From NCBI RefSeq assembly GCF_964194155.1, contig NC_135901.1, positions 22,382,001 to 22,446,000 on the forward strand: a DNA stretch of 64,000 bases. The letters run 5' to 3'. Below the pieces are notes generated by a model. It was not told where the DNA came from. It saw only the letters and a program-made list of their open reading frames with translations, and did no database searches. The stretch's first letter is position 1. The number at the start of each line of letters is the position of its first letter. The position numbers and the translations under genes were made by a program. The DNA is from Cetorhinus maximus. Lineage: Eukaryota. Below are positions 62,901 through 64,000 of this stretch, in pieces.

Positions 62901-64000
62901 TAAGTTAATAAACCATTTCAAAGGGCTGCTGTTTAATATTCTGGATAAATGTCACATAGTATGTCAAACTTTGTTTTTCACACATTGTTGTACAATTTTG
63001 TCTTTCCCACCTGAGTGTTTAACATCACCTGGCTGGAGCTCAGAAAGGACAATCTGGGGGAGGATCATATGGCAGGAATAGAACTTCAGCCTGGACACAG
63101 TCCTTCAGGGTCACACTGAGAGGGACAAATGACACTTTGGTCTTTCTCATATTTCTTCAATGACAGCAAAACCCACATGTGGATTAATCCTGAGGTGTGA
63201 GAAATGTGTCACAGCCACTTCTCTGCAGTACGTACAGACTAAAGATGACCAAGGTCAGGCTGTGGAGTCCAAGGCCACATAGAAAAATGGATGGAAAAAT
63301 TCAAACTTCCTGTAAATCTAACTCTCCGATTTCTGTTTTGTAACCATCGTGTTTCAAAGCTGCTAGGCAGAGAGCAGAATGCTCCTTTACAATTGTGGTT
63401 GTACAACCTGAGTCAGGCAGTCTGGAAACGTGCTGTTAAATCAGAGATTGGTGTAAAACTGTGCTCTGTTCCTGACTGAAACTGAAATGGCAGGAATAAG
63501 TCTCCAGTTTAAAAATGACTGGTGATTATTCTGTGAAGTTTTTAAGATTTATTGGTGGCAGTCCTGAGTCCACTACTTTAAGCCAATGTCAACAACAACT
63601 TGTATTGATATAGCACCTTTAACATAGTAAAATGTAGCTAAAAATAAATAGTGTAAAGTCTGTCTTAAAATAACACGAGGAATTCACAGGATCCTTTTAA
63701 CTCCTGGGACAATTATACAACAGACATTTGATCTCCAGATAAAGAAGGACCTACACCATGTTTCCAAGAATTCCCTGCTATATTGATGTGTGTGTGTGTT
63801 AGATCCCAGGATTTTGTTGCAGTCTTCCTCCAGTATTAACTGTACTTCCCAATTTGGTAATCAATTAATTCATAAATAAATCAGTTCATCACTTCCTCAT
63901 GTCATTGTACACTCTGCTACTAAATTAAAGATTAAATGAACTGTACAACAAAGTTTTATTAACTGGGAATTCTTATCTGTGATTTACTGTAATTCTGCTC

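Overview
Eukaryotic, repeat-rich vertebrate DNA; the repeat families and zinc-finger style suggest a cartilaginous fish (inference). The window is a cluster of Kruppel-type C2H2 zinc-finger (ZNF) genes on both strands. There are about 5 open ZNF arrays (10.2k-, 21k+, 42.3k-, 53.2k+, 60k+), one lacking a proper ATG (23.2k-), the 3' end of another (1-255), and several pseudogenes and relics. No KRAB, SCAN or BTB domain is recognisable, so the genes look finger-only. They share a reusable architecture: a CpG-rich NRF1/YY1/ZNF143-type promoter, a stereotyped splice-acceptor/leader module, a fossil N-terminal region with stops at fixed positions, a start codon created from a finger linker or from the leader, and a conserved 3' UTR. 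Between the genes are CR1 and L2 LINE fragments, an RTE-X/CR1-group-like LINE with a tRNA-SINE head plus its partner SINE, DeuSINEs, Penelope remnants whose terminal repeats carry degenerate minimal hammerhead motifs, a solo LTR, a split retroviral pol relic and two tRNA-Val relics. Coordinates were read by eye and repeat boundaries are approximate.
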